DNA from: Hydrogenophilales bacterium
GTDB lineage: Bacteria; Pseudomonadota; Gammaproteobacteria; Burkholderiales; Thiobacillaceae
Assembly (NCBI GenBank): GCA_037445185.1
Contig: JBBIKZ010000001.1
Coordinates: 27,485-91,484 of the forward strand
Length of the DNA stretch: 64,000 nucleotides
Reading direction: 5' to 3'
The translations under genes and the position numbers were made by a program. Positions 53,564 to 62,720 of the stretch are shown here, piece after piece (position 1 is the first letter of the stretch; each line of letters starts with the position of its first letter). The notes below the pieces were generated by a model. That model worked only from the letters and a program-made list of their open reading frames with translations. It did no database searches and was not told the origin of the DNA.

Positions 53564-55588
53564 TCACGCCATGCCGTTGTGCCTGAGCAGCGCGTCGATG
53601 GTCGGCTCCCGACCGCGGAAGGCCTTGAACGACTCGATGGCCGGACGCGCGCCGCCCTGGGCCAGGATCTCGCTCCAGAAGCGGTGCCCCACCTCCGGGT
53701 TGAGCACGCCGTTCTCCTCGAACAGGCTGTAGGCATCCGCCGACAGCACCTCCGCCCATTTGTAGCTGTAGTAACCCGCCGCATAGCCGCCGGCGAAGAT
53801 GTGCGAGAAGTTGTTGGGGAAGCGGTTGTAGGCGGGCGGGATGACTACGGCCACGCGGGCGCGGATCTCGTCGAGCAGTTCGAGCACCCGCTTGCTGCCG
53901 TTGGGGTCGAAGTCGTGGTGCAGGTGCATGTCGAAGAGGGCGAACTCGATCTGGCGCACGGTCTGCATGCCGGCCTGGAAGTTCTTCGCCGCCAGCATCT
54001 TGTCGAACAGCGCGCGCGGCAGCGGCTCGCCGGTGTCGATGTGGGCGGTCATGTGTTTGAGCACCTCCCACTCCCAGCAGAAGTTCTCCATGAACTGGGA
54101 AGGCAGTTCCACCGCGTCCCACTCCACGCCGTTGATGCCCGACACCCCGAGGTCCTCCATGCGGGTGAGCAGGTGGTGCAGCCCATGGCCGAACTCGTGG
54201 AACAGAGTGATCGCCTCGTCGTGCGTGAGCAGCGCCGGCTTGCCGCCGACCGGCGGCGAGAAGTTGCAGTTGAGGTAGGCCACCGGGGTCTGGATGCCCG
54301 CGCGCGTCCGCCGCCGTGTGATGGTGTCGTCCATCCAGGCGCCGCCGCGTTTGCTCTCGCGGGCGTAGAGGTCGAGGTAGAACTGGCCGATGAGGGCGCC
54401 GGTGCGGTCGCGGATGTCGAAAAATTTCACACTCTCGTGCCAGACCGGGGCCTCGGACGCCCGTATCGTGAGGCCGTAGAGGGTCTCGATGAGCCGGAAC
54501 AGGCCCCCGAGCACCTTGGGCTCCTGGAAGTACTGTTTGACCTCCTGCTCGGAGAAGGCGTAGCGCGCCTGCCGGAGCTTCTCCGAGGCATAGGCCACAT
54601 CCCAGGCCGCAAGCTCCGGCAGTCCCAGCTCGCGGGCGGCGAACGCGCGCAGCTCGGCCATGTCGCGTTCGGCATAGGGCCTGGCACGCCGGGCGAGCGC
54701 CTCCAGGAAGTCGAGCACCTCCGCCGGCGTCTGCGCCATCTTGGGCACGAGAGAGACATGGGCGTAGTCCGGATAGCCCAGCAGATGGGCGGCCTCCTGA
54801 CGCAGCTTGAGGATTTGCGCAATCAGCGGCGTGTTGTCGAGCTCCGCCGGGCCGAACTCGGAGGCGCGGGTGACATAGGCGCGATACATCTCCTCGCGCA
54901 GCCGCCGGTTGGCGCAGAACTGCATTACCGGCAGGTAGGACGGGGCCTGCAGGGTGAGCTTCCAGCCGGCCTTACCCTCGGTGCGTGCCTGCTCGGCGAA
55001 CATCTGCCTGACGTCGTCGGGCACGCCCTCGAGTTCCGCCTCGTCGGTGATGAATTTCGACCAGGCGTTGGTGGCGTCGAGCAGGTTTTCCTCGAATTTG
55101 GCCGACAGCCTGGCCAGCTCCTCCTGGATCGCCTTGAAGCGGGCCTTCTGCTCGGCCGCAAGCTCCGCCCCGCCGAGGCGGAAGTCCCTGAGTTCGTTGT
55201 CGACGATGCGGCGGCGCGGCGCGCTCAGGCTCGCGTATTCGGCGCTAGCGGCCAGGGCCTTGAACTTGCGGTACAGCCCCTCGTGTTGCGAGAGTTCGGC
55301 GTAGTACTGGGTGATCTTGGGCAGGTTTTCGTTGTAGGCCGCGCGCAACTCGGGGCTATCGAGCACCGAGTGCAGGTGCGACACCTGGCCCCAGGCGCGC
55401 GCCAGCCGTTCGTTGGCGTCCTCCAGCGGCTGAACGAAACCCTCCCAGGTGGACTGGGTCGTGTCGGCGGCGAGCTGCTCGATGAGGGCGCGGTTGTCGG
55501 CGAGCAGCTGATCGATGGCGGGGCTGACGTGTTCGGGCTTGACCTCGCTGTAGCGGGGCAGCCCCGTGAAATCGAGCAATGGGTTCAT
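53564..55588 (-). CDS. prlC: oligopeptidase A (M3 metallopeptidase)
   Basis: 674 aa from ATG 55588 (MNPLLDFTGLPRY…); zinc motif HEFGHGLHH. Confidence 0.9.
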   Translation of the reverse strand: MNPLLDFTGLPRYSEVKPEHVSPAIDQLLADNRALIEQLAADTTQSTWEGFVQPLEDANERLARAWGQVSHLHSVLDSPELRAAYNENLPKITQYYAELSQHEGLYRKFKALAASAEYASLSAPRRRIVDNELRDFRLGGAELAAEQKARFKAIQEELARLSAKFEENLLDATNAWSKFITDEAELEGVPDDVRQMFAEQARTEGKAGWKLTLQAPSYLPVMQFCANRRLREEMYRAYVTRASEFGPAELDNTPLIAQILKLRQEAAHLLGYPDYAHVSLVPKMAQTPAEVLDFLEALARRARPYAERDMAELRAFAARELGLPELAAWDVAYASEKLRQARYAFSEQEVKQYFQEPKVLGGLFRLIETLYGLTIRASEAPVWHESVKFFDIRDRTGALIGQFYLDLYARESKRGGAWMDDTITRRRTRAGIQTPVAYLNCNFSPPVGGKPALLTHDEAITLFHEFGHGLHHLLTRMEDLGVSGINGVEWDAVELPSQFMENFCWEWEVLKHMTAHIDTGEPLPRALFDKMLAAKNFQAGMQTVRQIEFALFDMHLHHDFDPNGSKRVLELLDEIRARVAVVIPPAYNRFPNNFSHIFAGGYAAGYYSYKWAEVLSADAYSLFEENGVLNPEVGHRFWSEILAQGGARPAIESFKAFRGREPTIDALLRHNGMA

Positions 55589-55659
55589 GGCGGTCCTGCG
55601 TGGTGTGTGAGCTTGGCTATACTTGCGGCCAGGCTGCGCGTTTTCCAAGGGGTCCATCG

Positions 55660-56190
55660 ATGGGGATCGAGGCGTTCCGGGGCATCATGCCGAATCTCGG
55701 CCGCGATGTCTTCATCCACCCCATGGCCACGGTCATCGGCGAGGTGACGCTGGGCGACGGAGTGTCGGTCTGGCCGGGTACGGTGATCCGCGGCGACGTG
55801 AATTTCATCCGCGTGGGCGCCGGCAGCAACATCCAGGACAACAGTGTGCTGCATGTGAGCCACCGCCGGCCGGAAGACCCGGACGGGGCGCCGCTTATCG
55901 TGGGCGAGCGGGTCACGGTGGGACATGGCGTGATCCTGCACGGCTGCACCATCGGCGACGAGTGCCTGATCGGCATGGGTGCCGTGGTCATGGACCACGC
56001 GCTGATCGAGCCGCAGGTGCTGCTCGCAGCCGGCAGCCTGGTGCCGGAAGGGCGGGTGCTCACGAGCGGCTGGCTCTACCTAGGACGACCGGCGCGGCCG
56101 GTGCGGCGTCTCGCCGCCGAGGAGACGGCGCAGTTCTCCTATCAGGCCGACAGATACCTCGAACTCGCCCGCGCCTATCGCGGCGGCTGA
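55660..56190 (+). CDS. gamma-carbonic-anhydrase-like left-handed beta-helix protein (YrdA family)
   Basis: 176 aa with hexapeptide repeats. …VFIHPMATVIGEVTLGDGVSVWPGTVIRGD…HGCTIGDECLIGMGAVV…. Confidence 0.85.
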   Translation: MGIEAFRGIMPNLGRDVFIHPMATVIGEVTLGDGVSVWPGTVIRGDVNFIRVGAGSNIQDNSVLHVSHRRPEDPDGAPLIVGERVTVGHGVILHGCTIGDECLIGMGAVVMDHALIEPQVLLAAGSLVPEGRVLTSGWLYLGRPARPVRRLAAEETAQFSYQADRYLELARAYRGG

Positions 56191-56205
56191 TCGCTTGTTT
56201 TCGCC

Positions 56206-56565
56206 ATGCACCCGCCCCAGCTCAACCCGGTCATCCTGCAGACCGTCGTGCTGCTCGCGCTGTCCAACCTGTTCATGACCGTGGCCTGGTATGCCCACCT
56301 GAAACACCTGAACGACCGGCCCTGGTGGATCGCCGCCCTGGTGAGCTGGGGGGTGGCCCTGTTCGAGTACCTGCTGCAGGTGCCGGCCAACCGCATCGGC
56401 TACACCCAGTTGACGCTGCCGCAGCTCAAGATCCTGCAGGAGGTGATCACCCTGGCGGTGTTCGCCCCCTTCGCGGTGCTGTACATGCGCGAGCCGCTCA
56501 CCTGGAACTACCTGTGGGCCGGGCTGTGTCTCGTCGGCGCGGTGTATTTCATCTTTCGCGCTTGA
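56206..56565 (+). CDS. DMT-superfamily small membrane protein (DUF486)
   Basis: 119 aa with four hydrophobic helices. …LSNLFMTVAWYAHLK…. Confidence 0.7.
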   Translation: MHPPQLNPVILQTVVLLALSNLFMTVAWYAHLKHLNDRPWWIAALVSWGVALFEYLLQVPANRIGYTQLTLPQLKILQEVITLAVFAPFAVLYMREPLTWNYLWAGLCLVGAVYFIFRA

Positions 56566-56617
56566 TGGACGGCTGACGCGCAGACGTGTGGCATCGTCCG
56601 GGACGCGGCGGGCCACG

Positions 56618-56626
56618 TGATAGAAT
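56618..56626 (+). promoter_or_regulatory. candidate extended -10 promoter element for glyA
   Basis: TGATAGAAT lies 26 nt upstream of ATG 56652. No convincing -35. Confidence 0.3.
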
Positions 56627-56651
56627 TGTAATTTTGCCTTGGGATACATCC

Positions 56652-57935
56652 ATGTTCAGCGCCGATCACACCCTCGAGCACGTCGATCCAGAGCTGTGGG
56701 ACGCCATCCGCAAAGAGGCCGTCCGGCAGGAGGAGCACATCGAACTGATCGCCTCCGAAAACTACACCAGCCCCGCCGTGATGCAGGCGCAGGGGTCGGT
56801 GCTGACCAACAAGTACGCCGAGGGCTATCCCGGCAGGCGCTACTACGGCGGCTGCGAATACGTGGACATCGCCGAGGCGCTTGCCATCGAGCGGGCCAAG
56901 CAGCTCTTCGGCGCCGAGGCGGCCAACGTCCAGCCCAATTCCGGCTCGCAGGCGAATCAGGCGGTGTTCATGGCCTTTCTCAAGCCGGGCGACACCATCA
57001 TGGGCATGAGCCTGGCCGAGGGCGGGCACCTCACGCACGGCATGGCGCTCAACCTGTCGGGCAAGTGGTTCAACGTGGTCGCCTATGGGCTCGACGCCAA
57101 CGAGGACATCGACTACGCGGGCATGGAGGCCAAGGCGCGCGAGCACCGGCCCAAGCTCATCATCGCCGGCGCATCGGCCTTCTCGCTTGCCATCGATTTC
57201 GCGCGCTTCGCCCGGGTGGCGAAGGAGATCGGCGCCATCTTCATGGTGGACATGGCCCACTATGCGGGCTTGATCGCCGCCGGCGTCTATCCCAACCCGG
57301 TGCCCTATGCCGACGTGGTCACCTCTACCACGCACAAGACCCTGCGCGGCCCGCGCGGCGGCATCATATTGATGCGTGCCGAGGGCGAGAAGGCCATCAA
57401 TTCCGCCGTCTTCCCGGGGCTGCAGGGCGGACCGCTGATGCACGTCATCGCCGGCAAGGCGGTGGCCTTCAAGGAGGCGCAGGGCCGGGAATTCCGCGCC
57501 TATCAGGAGCAGGTGGTGGCCAACGCCCGCGTCATGGCCCGCGTGTTGTCCGAGGAGCGGGGCTTGCGTATCGTCTCCGGCCGCACCGACAGCCATCTCT
57601 TCCTGGTCGACCTGCGCGCCAAGGGCATCACCGGCAAGGACGCCGAGGCCGCCCTTGGGCGCGCGCACATCACGGTGAACAAGAACGCCATCCCCAACGA
57701 CCCGCAAAAGCCGATGATCACGAGCGGCATCCGCATCGGCACGCCGGCCATGACCACGCGCGGCTTCAAGGAGATCGAGGCCGAACGCCTGGCGCATCTC
57801 ATCGCCGACGTGCTCGACGCGCCTGCTGATGAGGCGGTCATCGCCCGCGTGCGGGGCGAAGTGGCCAAGCTCACGGCGGCGTTTCCGGTCTACGGGAGCC
57901 AGGTTACAGGGACCAGTAAAGCAAGCGCGCCCTAG
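56652..57935 (+). CDS. glyA: serine hydroxymethyltransferase, with a 12-aa C-terminal tail encoded by a repeat element
   Basis: [19 protein letters not shown]…[12 protein letters not shown]…. Ends …[17 protein letters not shown]; the tail and the TAG lie inside the palindromic element. Confidence 0.95.
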   Translation: MFSADHTLEHVDPELWDAIRKEAVRQEEHIELIASENYTSPAVMQAQGSVLTNKYAEGYPGRRYYGGCEYVDIAEALAIERAKQLFGAEAANVQPNSGSQANQAVFMAFLKPGDTIMGMSLAEGGHLTHGMALNLSGKWFNVVAYGLDANEDIDYAGMEAKAREHRPKLIIAGASAFSLAIDFARFARVAKEIGAIFMVDMAHYAGLIAAGVYPNPVPYADVVTSTTHKTLRGPRGGIILMRAEGEKAINSAVFPGLQGGPLMHVIAGKAVAFKEAQGREFRAYQEQVVANARVMARVLSEERGLRIVSGRTDSHLFLVDLRAKGITGKDAEAALGRAHITVNKNAIPNDPQKPMITSGIRIGTPAMTTRGFKEIEAERLAHLIADVLDAPADEAVIARVRGEVAKLTAAFPVYGSQVTGTSKASAP

Positions 57936-58132
57936 GAGCCTGTCGGACTTGAGACTGATCTACTGCGCCGGTGGGAAGAGCGGTCCATTTTCCCCCGATT
58001 TCTCGTTGCATAGGCCCACTATGCGCCTCGAAATCGTGAAAAACTGTCCTCGCTCTCCCACCCGGCTCGCTACGATCGCTCAAGTCCGACAGGCTCCTAG
58101 GCGCGCAAACTTCCCTGACACCTGACAGCTGG
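57899..58132. repeat. composite palindromic element: outer element related to 552-646, interrupted by an inner hairpin element
   Basis: CAGGTTACAG (57900-57909), GGCGCGCAAACT (58100-58111), CCTGACACCTG (58114-58124) and CCTGACAGCTG (58121-58131) are all shared with 552-646. Confidence 0.6.
57931..58101. mobile_element. 171-bp MITE-like hairpin element with perfect 23-bp terminal inverted repeats
   Basis: CCTAGGAGCCTGTCGGACTTGAG (57931-57953) is the exact reverse complement of CTCAAGTCCGACAGGCTCCTAGG (58079-58101). The interior is imperfectly self-complementary, with apical GCATAG-N5-CTATGC. Confidence 0.55.
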
Positions 58133-58133
58133 A

Positions 58134-58601
58134 ATGCGCTGCCCCTTCTGCGGCTCGCCCGACACCCAGGTCGCCGAAACGCGGCTGTCCGAGGACGGCG
58201 CCATGGTGCGCCGCCGCCGCCGCTGCACGGCCTGCGACAAGCGCTTCACCACCTACGAGACGGCAGAGATCCGACTGCCTGCCGTGGTCAAACGCGATGG
58301 CGAGCGCCAGGACTTCTCGCGCGACAAGCTGCGCGAGGGCTTTCGCCGGGCGCTGCACAAGCGGCCGGTGCCGATCGAGCTGGTGGACGAGGCCATCGAC
58401 CGGGTGGTGCAGAAACTGTTGAGCCTGGGCGAGCGGGAAGTCACCTCCCGCTACATCGGCGAGCTGGTCATGGCGGAACTGAAGCGTCTGGACAAGGTGG
58501 CCTACATCCGTTTCGCCTCGGTCTATCGCGCCTTTCAGGACGTGGACGATTTCCGCGACGCCATCCGTGACGTGGAATCCCGCGACCCGGACAAGCCATG
58601 A
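58134..58601 (+). CDS. nrdR: transcriptional repressor NrdR
   Basis: [17 protein letters not shown]… zinc ribbon plus ATP-cone; 155 aa. Confidence 0.95.
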   Translation: MRCPFCGSPDTQVAETRLSEDGAMVRRRRRCTACDKRFTTYETAEIRLPAVVKRDGERQDFSRDKLREGFRRALHKRPVPIELVDEAIDRVVQKLLSLGEREVTSRYIGELVMAELKRLDKVAYIRFASVYRAFQDVDDFRDAIRDVESRDPDKP

Positions 58602-58837
58602 ACCCAGATCGTCCATCAGACCGGCCAGTGCCTTCGATGGGCGTATCGACCGATGCAAGCAGCGACGCTTACGCAGCGGGGTCCCTACCTACGCGGGCTT
58701 CGCTTGCCCCTGGCTGGCCATTTCGCGCGCAACTTCTCGCCCGGATGTCCAATCCGGGCTGCGACCGTCGCGCGCAAACTGCCTCGACCATATGGGCGGC
58801 GTGCCTTCCCGCGTCCTAATGGATAATCTGGGTTGAA
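58599..58837. repeat. 239-bp structured spacer bounded by an 11/12 inverted repeat that includes the nrdR stop and the ribD start
   Basis: TGAACCCAGAT (58599-58609) against ATCTGGGTTGA (58827-58837). Internal perfect hairpin GCCCGGAT-GTCCA-ATCCGGGC (58739-58759), flanked by direct repeats TCGCGCGCAA(A)CT. Confidence 0.5.
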
Positions 58838-59942
58838 CTTCAGCGCCGCCGATCACGCCTACATGGCCCAGGCCCTGCGCCTGGCGGAGCGGGGGCTCTA
58901 CACCACCACCCCCAACCCGCGGGTCGGCTGCGTCATCGTCCGCGACGGCCGGGTGGTGGGGGAGGGCTGGCACGCGCGCGCCGGCGAACCGCATGCCGAG
59001 GTCCTCGCCCTGCGCCAGGCGCGTGGCGCGGCGCGCGGCGCCACCGTCTACGTCACGCTGGAGCCCTGCAGCCATTACGGCCGCACCCCGCCCTGTGCCC
59101 ATGCCCTCATCGACGCGGGCGTGACGCGGGTGGTGGCGGCGATGCGCGACCCCAACCCACAGGTCTGCGGCCGGGGGGTGGAGCTGCTCACCCTGGCCGG
59201 CATCCGTGCCGAGGTGGGCCTGCTGGAGGCCGAGGCGCACGAGCTGAACATCGGCTTTTTCAGCCGCATGACCCGCAGCAGGCCCTGGGTGCGGGTCAAG
59301 ACCGCCGCCAGCCTCGACGGCAAGACCGCATTGACGAACGGTGTCTCGAAGTGGATCACCGGCGTGGCCGCCCGCGCCGACGTGCAGCGCTGGCGGGCGC
59401 GCGCCTGCGCCATCCTCACCGGCAGCGGCACCGTCCTGGCCGACGACCCGCAGATGACCGTGCGCGGTCTGGAGACGGGGCGCCAGCCCCTGCGGGTGAT
59501 CGTCGACAGCCGCCTGCGCACGCCACCCCAGGCCCAAATCCTGCAGGGCGGTGCCCTGGTCGTGTGCGCTCAAGAGCTGCCGGAGCGCCGCGCCGCCCTG
59601 GGGGCGGCGGGTGCCGAGGTGATCCAGCTCCCGGGACCCGGGGGGCGGGTGGACTTGGCTGCCCTCATGCAGACGCTGGCCGCTCGCGGGGTGAACGAAC
59701 TGCACGTCGAGGCCGGTGCCACCCTGAACGGCGCGCTGCTGGCCGGGGGCTGGGTGGACGAGTGGCTGGCCTATATCGCCCCCACGGTGCTCGGGGCCCA
59801 GGCGCGCGGCCTGTTCGAGATGCCGGCGCTTACCGACATGGCCGCGCGCCGGGACTTCATCCTGAGGGAACTGCGGCATGTGGGCGACGACCTGCGTCTG
59901 CTGCTGCGCCCGAAGCCCGCGGGCAGCGGCGGCGCAACATGA
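58833..59942 (+). CDS. ribD: bifunctional riboflavin biosynthesis deaminase/reductase
   Basis: TTG 58833 gives MNFSAADHAYMAQALRLAERG… (compare E. coli …DEYYMARALKLAQRG). HAEV…PCSHYGRTPPC zinc motif. Confidence 0.85.
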   Translation: MNFSAADHAYMAQALRLAERGLYTTTPNPRVGCVIVRDGRVVGEGWHARAGEPHAEVLALRQARGAARGATVYVTLEPCSHYGRTPPCAHALIDAGVTRVVAAMRDPNPQVCGRGVELLTLAGIRAEVGLLEAEAHELNIGFFSRMTRSRPWVRVKTAASLDGKTALTNGVSKWITGVAARADVQRWRARACAILTGSGTVLADDPQMTVRGLETGRQPLRVIVDSRLRTPPQAQILQGGALVVCAQELPERRAALGAAGAEVIQLPGPGGRVDLAALMQTLAARGVNELHVEAGATLNGALLAGGWVDEWLAYIAPTVLGAQARGLFEMPALTDMAARRDFILRELRHVGDDLRLLLRPKPAGSGGAT

Positions 59943-60052
59943 ACGGACGGCGATCCCTTCCGCCCCATGCCCCGGCGGGGTTCTCCCCGCGGTCCGACAG
60001 GCATAGAATTTTGGATTTGCTCGCGGCTTGACCGCGTAACAGGGGACCGCGC

Positions 60053-60661
60053 ATGTTCACCGGCATCATCCAGGCCGTCGGCCACATCCAGCACCTCAGC
60101 GAAGCCAGCGGCGGCGATGCCCGCGTCACCATCGCCGGCGGGGGGCTGGACCTCGACGACGTGGCCATCGGCGACTCCATCGCCGTGAACGGGGTGTGTC
60201 TGACGGTGGTGGAACGCGGCCCCGAGCATTTCAGCGTCGACGTCTCGCAGGAGACCTTCTCCTGCACCGTCGGCTTCACACCGGGCGAGGCGGTCAATCT
60301 GGAAAAGGCCCTGCGGCTCGCCGACCGGCTGGGCGGACATCTGATCTCCGGTCACGTCGACGGGGTGGGCGAGGTGGTGCGGTTCGAACCGGTCGGCGAC
60401 GGCATGCGCCTGGACATCCGCGCGCCCAAGGCCCTGGAGCGCTACCTGGCGCCCAAGGGCTCGGTCGCGGTCAACGGTGTCTCCCTCACCGTCAACCGGG
60501 TGCACGGCGAGGAATTCTCCATCAACCTCATCCCGCACACCCTCAAGGCGACCATGCTCAAGAACCTGAAGGTCGGCAGCCGGGTCAATCTCGAGGCGGA
60601 CATGCTGGCGCGCTATGCCGAACGCCTGCTCGCCTACCGCCACAGCACGGACAAAGACTGA
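60053..60661 (+). CDS. ribE: riboflavin synthase (alpha chain)
   Basis: [12 protein letters not shown]…; two lumazine-binding repeats; 202 aa. Confidence 0.9.
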   Translation: MFTGIIQAVGHIQHLSEASGGDARVTIAGGGLDLDDVAIGDSIAVNGVCLTVVERGPEHFSVDVSQETFSCTVGFTPGEAVNLEKALRLADRLGGHLISGHVDGVGEVVRFEPVGDGMRLDIRAPKALERYLAPKGSVAVNGVSLTVNRVHGEEFSINLIPHTLKATMLKNLKVGSRVNLEADMLARYAERLLAYRHSTDKD

Positions 60662-61755
60662 TGCTCACGCCCATCGAAGACATCATCGCCGACATCCGCG
60701 CCGGCCGCATGGTCATCCTGGTGGACGAGGAGGACCGCGAGAACGAGGGCGACCTCGTCATGGCCGCCGAGCACGTCACCCCCGAGGCGATCAACTTCAT
60801 GGCCAAGTTCGGCCGCGGGCTCATCTGCCTCACCCTCACCGACGAGCGCTGCCGCCAGCTCGGGCTCAAGCAGATGGTGAGCGAGAACCAGACGCCCCAT
60901 GGCACCGCCTTCACCGTCTCCATCGAGGCGGCCGAGGGCGTGACCACCGGCATCTCGGCGGCGGACCGGGCGGTGACCATACGCACGGCGGTCAGGCGCG
61001 ATGCCAAACCGAGCGACATCATCCAGCCCGGCCACGTGTTTCCCCTGCGTGCCCAACCCGGTGGCGTGCTGGTGCGCGCCGGCCACACCGAGGCGGGCTG
61101 CGACCTCGCCGGGCTGGCGGGGCTCGAGCCGGCGGCGGTGATCTGCGAGATCCTCAAGGAGGACGGCAGCATGGCGCGGCTGCCCGACCTCATCGAGTAC
61201 GCCCGCGAGCACGGGCTCAAGATCGGCACCATTGCCGACCTGATCCATTACCGCGCGGCCAACGAGCGCCTGGTCGCACGCATCGGTGAGCGGCCGATCG
61301 ACACCCCCTTCGGCACCTTCCGGCTGGTGGTCTACCGCGACAAGGTCACCCGCGCCACGCATCTCGCCCTCACCCGCGGCGAGATCCAGGCCGAGGCCGA
61401 GACCCTGGTGCGGGTGCACGAGCCGGTGTCCCTGATGGACGTGCTCGAGACCGCCGCCGGCGGCCATGCCTACAGCGTGCCGCAGGCCTTGGGCATCATC
61501 GCCCGGGCCGGCAGCGGCGTCGTCGTCCTGCTGCACCGGCCGGAATCGGCCGACGAGCTGGCAAGCCGCGCCCTGCCCGCCGACACCCCGCCGCCGGGGC
61601 GCAAGTTCGACCTGCGCAACTACGGCATCGGCGCCCAGATCCTGCGCGACCTCGGGGTCGGCAAGATGCGGCTGCTCGCCACGCCGCGCAAGATGCCCGC
61701 CATGGACGGCTTCGGCCTGGAGGTGACGGGCTATTTCCAACACGAGGGAGACTGA
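60661..61755 (+). CDS. ribB: 3,4-dihydroxy-2-butanone-4-phosphate synthase with a degenerate GTP-cyclohydrolase-II-like C-terminal domain (RibBX type)
   Basis: N-terminal …[17 protein letters not shown]…. The C-terminal domain reads [24 protein letters not shown] where RibA has RVHSECLTGD…CDCG, so the zinc cysteines are absent. Confidence 0.85.
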   Translation: MLTPIEDIIADIRAGRMVILVDEEDRENEGDLVMAAEHVTPEAINFMAKFGRGLICLTLTDERCRQLGLKQMVSENQTPHGTAFTVSIEAAEGVTTGISAADRAVTIRTAVRRDAKPSDIIQPGHVFPLRAQPGGVLVRAGHTEAGCDLAGLAGLEPAAVICEILKEDGSMARLPDLIEYAREHGLKIGTIADLIHYRAANERLVARIGERPIDTPFGTFRLVVYRDKVTRATHLALTRGEIQAEAETLVRVHEPVSLMDVLETAAGGHAYSVPQALGIIARAGSGVVVLLHRPESADELASRALPADTPPPGRKFDLRNYGIGAQILRDLGVGKMRLLATPRKMPAMDGFGLEVTGYFQHEGD

Positions 61756-61756
61756 C

Positions 61757-62224
61757 ATGGCCCGTTACGACAACATCCTGGAGCTGGAACCCAACCTCGA
61801 CGGCAGCGGCCTCAGGATCGGCATCGCCATGAGCCGCTTCAATCAGGACGTCGGGGAGGGGTTGCTGGCCGCCGCCACCGCCACGCTGGTCCGGCATGGC
61901 GTCAAGGAATCGGACATGGTCATCGTCACCGTGCCCGGTGCGCTGGAGCTGCCGCTCATCCTGCAGAAGATGGCCCGCAGCGGCCGCTTCGACGCACTGA
62001 TCGCCCTGGGCGCGGTCATCCGCGGCGAGACCTACCACTTCGAGATCGTCTCCAACGAGATGGCGGCGGGCATCACGCGGGTCAACCTCGACACCGGTGT
62101 GCCCGTCGCCAACGGCGTGCTCACCACCGACACCGACCATCAGGCCACGCACCGCATGTCGGAGAAGGGGCGGGATGCGGCCCTCGCCGCCATCGAGATG
62201 GCGCGCCTGCTCAAGGCGCTATGA
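61757..62224 (+). CDS. ribH: 6,7-dimethyl-8-ribityllumazine synthase
   Basis: 155 aa. …[10 protein letters not shown]…VPGALELP…[12 protein letters not shown]…. Confidence 0.95.
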   Translation: MARYDNILELEPNLDGSGLRIGIAMSRFNQDVGEGLLAAATATLVRHGVKESDMVIVTVPGALELPLILQKMARSGRFDALIALGAVIRGETYHFEIVSNEMAAGITRVNLDTGVPVANGVLTTDTDHQATHRMSEKGRDAALAAIEMARLLKAL

Positions 62225-62670
62225 GCAAGACGCGGGGCAGCCGGCGCCTCTCCCGCGAGCTGGTCCTGCGCGCCCTCTACCAGTGGCAGCTCACCGGCGA
62301 TGACCCGGCCCGTCTGCTCACCCAGGCGGAGGAGGCCGAGGAATACGCCCAGGCCAACCAGGAACTGTTGCGCGCCTTGCTCGACGGCATCCTAGGCGAG
62401 GCGCCTGCCCTCGATGACGCCCTGGCCCCACACCTCGACCGGCCGGCGGCCAAGCTCTCGCCGATCGAGCACGCACTGCTCTGGCTGGGCGCCTACGAGC
62501 TCCTGCACAGCCCGGATGTGCCCTACCGCGTGGTCATCAACGAGGCGGTCGAACTGGCCAAGCGCTACGGCGGCACCGACGGCCACAAGTACGTCAACGG
62601 CGTGCTGGACAAACTCGCCAGGACGGCGCGCAGGCTGGAGCTCGAGGCGGCTGCCGGCCGTGGGCGCTGA
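62221..62670 (+). CDS. nusB: transcription antitermination factor NusB
   Basis: 149 aa; …[11 protein letters not shown]… start; ATGA overlap with ribH. Confidence 0.9.
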   Translation: MSKTRGSRRLSRELVLRALYQWQLTGDDPARLLTQAEEAEEYAQANQELLRALLDGILGEAPALDDALAPHLDRPAAKLSPIEHALLWLGAYELLHSPDVPYRVVINEAVELAKRYGGTDGHKYVNGVLDKLARTARRLELEAAAGRGR

Positions 62671-62720
62671 GCGCTGAGGCCTGTACACCGGACGGGCACG
62701 TCTCGACCGTTCCGACGCCG

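Noticed and set aside
53546-55747. 733-aa plus-strand ORF antisense to prlC. Similar long antisense or alternative-frame ORFs include 47014-48942, 42065-44038, 44275-45942, 24823-26394, 17419-19032, 14578-16008, 15269-16894, 37762-39009, 39795-41027 and 51779-53017.
   Set aside because: Same shadow-ORF explanation. In each case the opposite strand or another frame encodes a protein with unmistakable family motifs, and the shadow ORF has none.
58602-60052. FMN (RFN) riboswitch upstream of ribD or ribE.
   Set aside because: Fragments resemble RFN words (TCCCTACC, CCGG…AATCCGGG, CCGACAG…ATAG…TGGAT). However, the strongly conserved blocks I remember (GAAAUUCCC, AGCCCGCGA, GCCGACAGU, AGUCUGGAUG) are not present intact, the ribD-ribE spacer is too short, and the CCGACAGGC word is explained by the repeat family. 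Only a covariance-model scan (cmscan, RF00050) can settle it.
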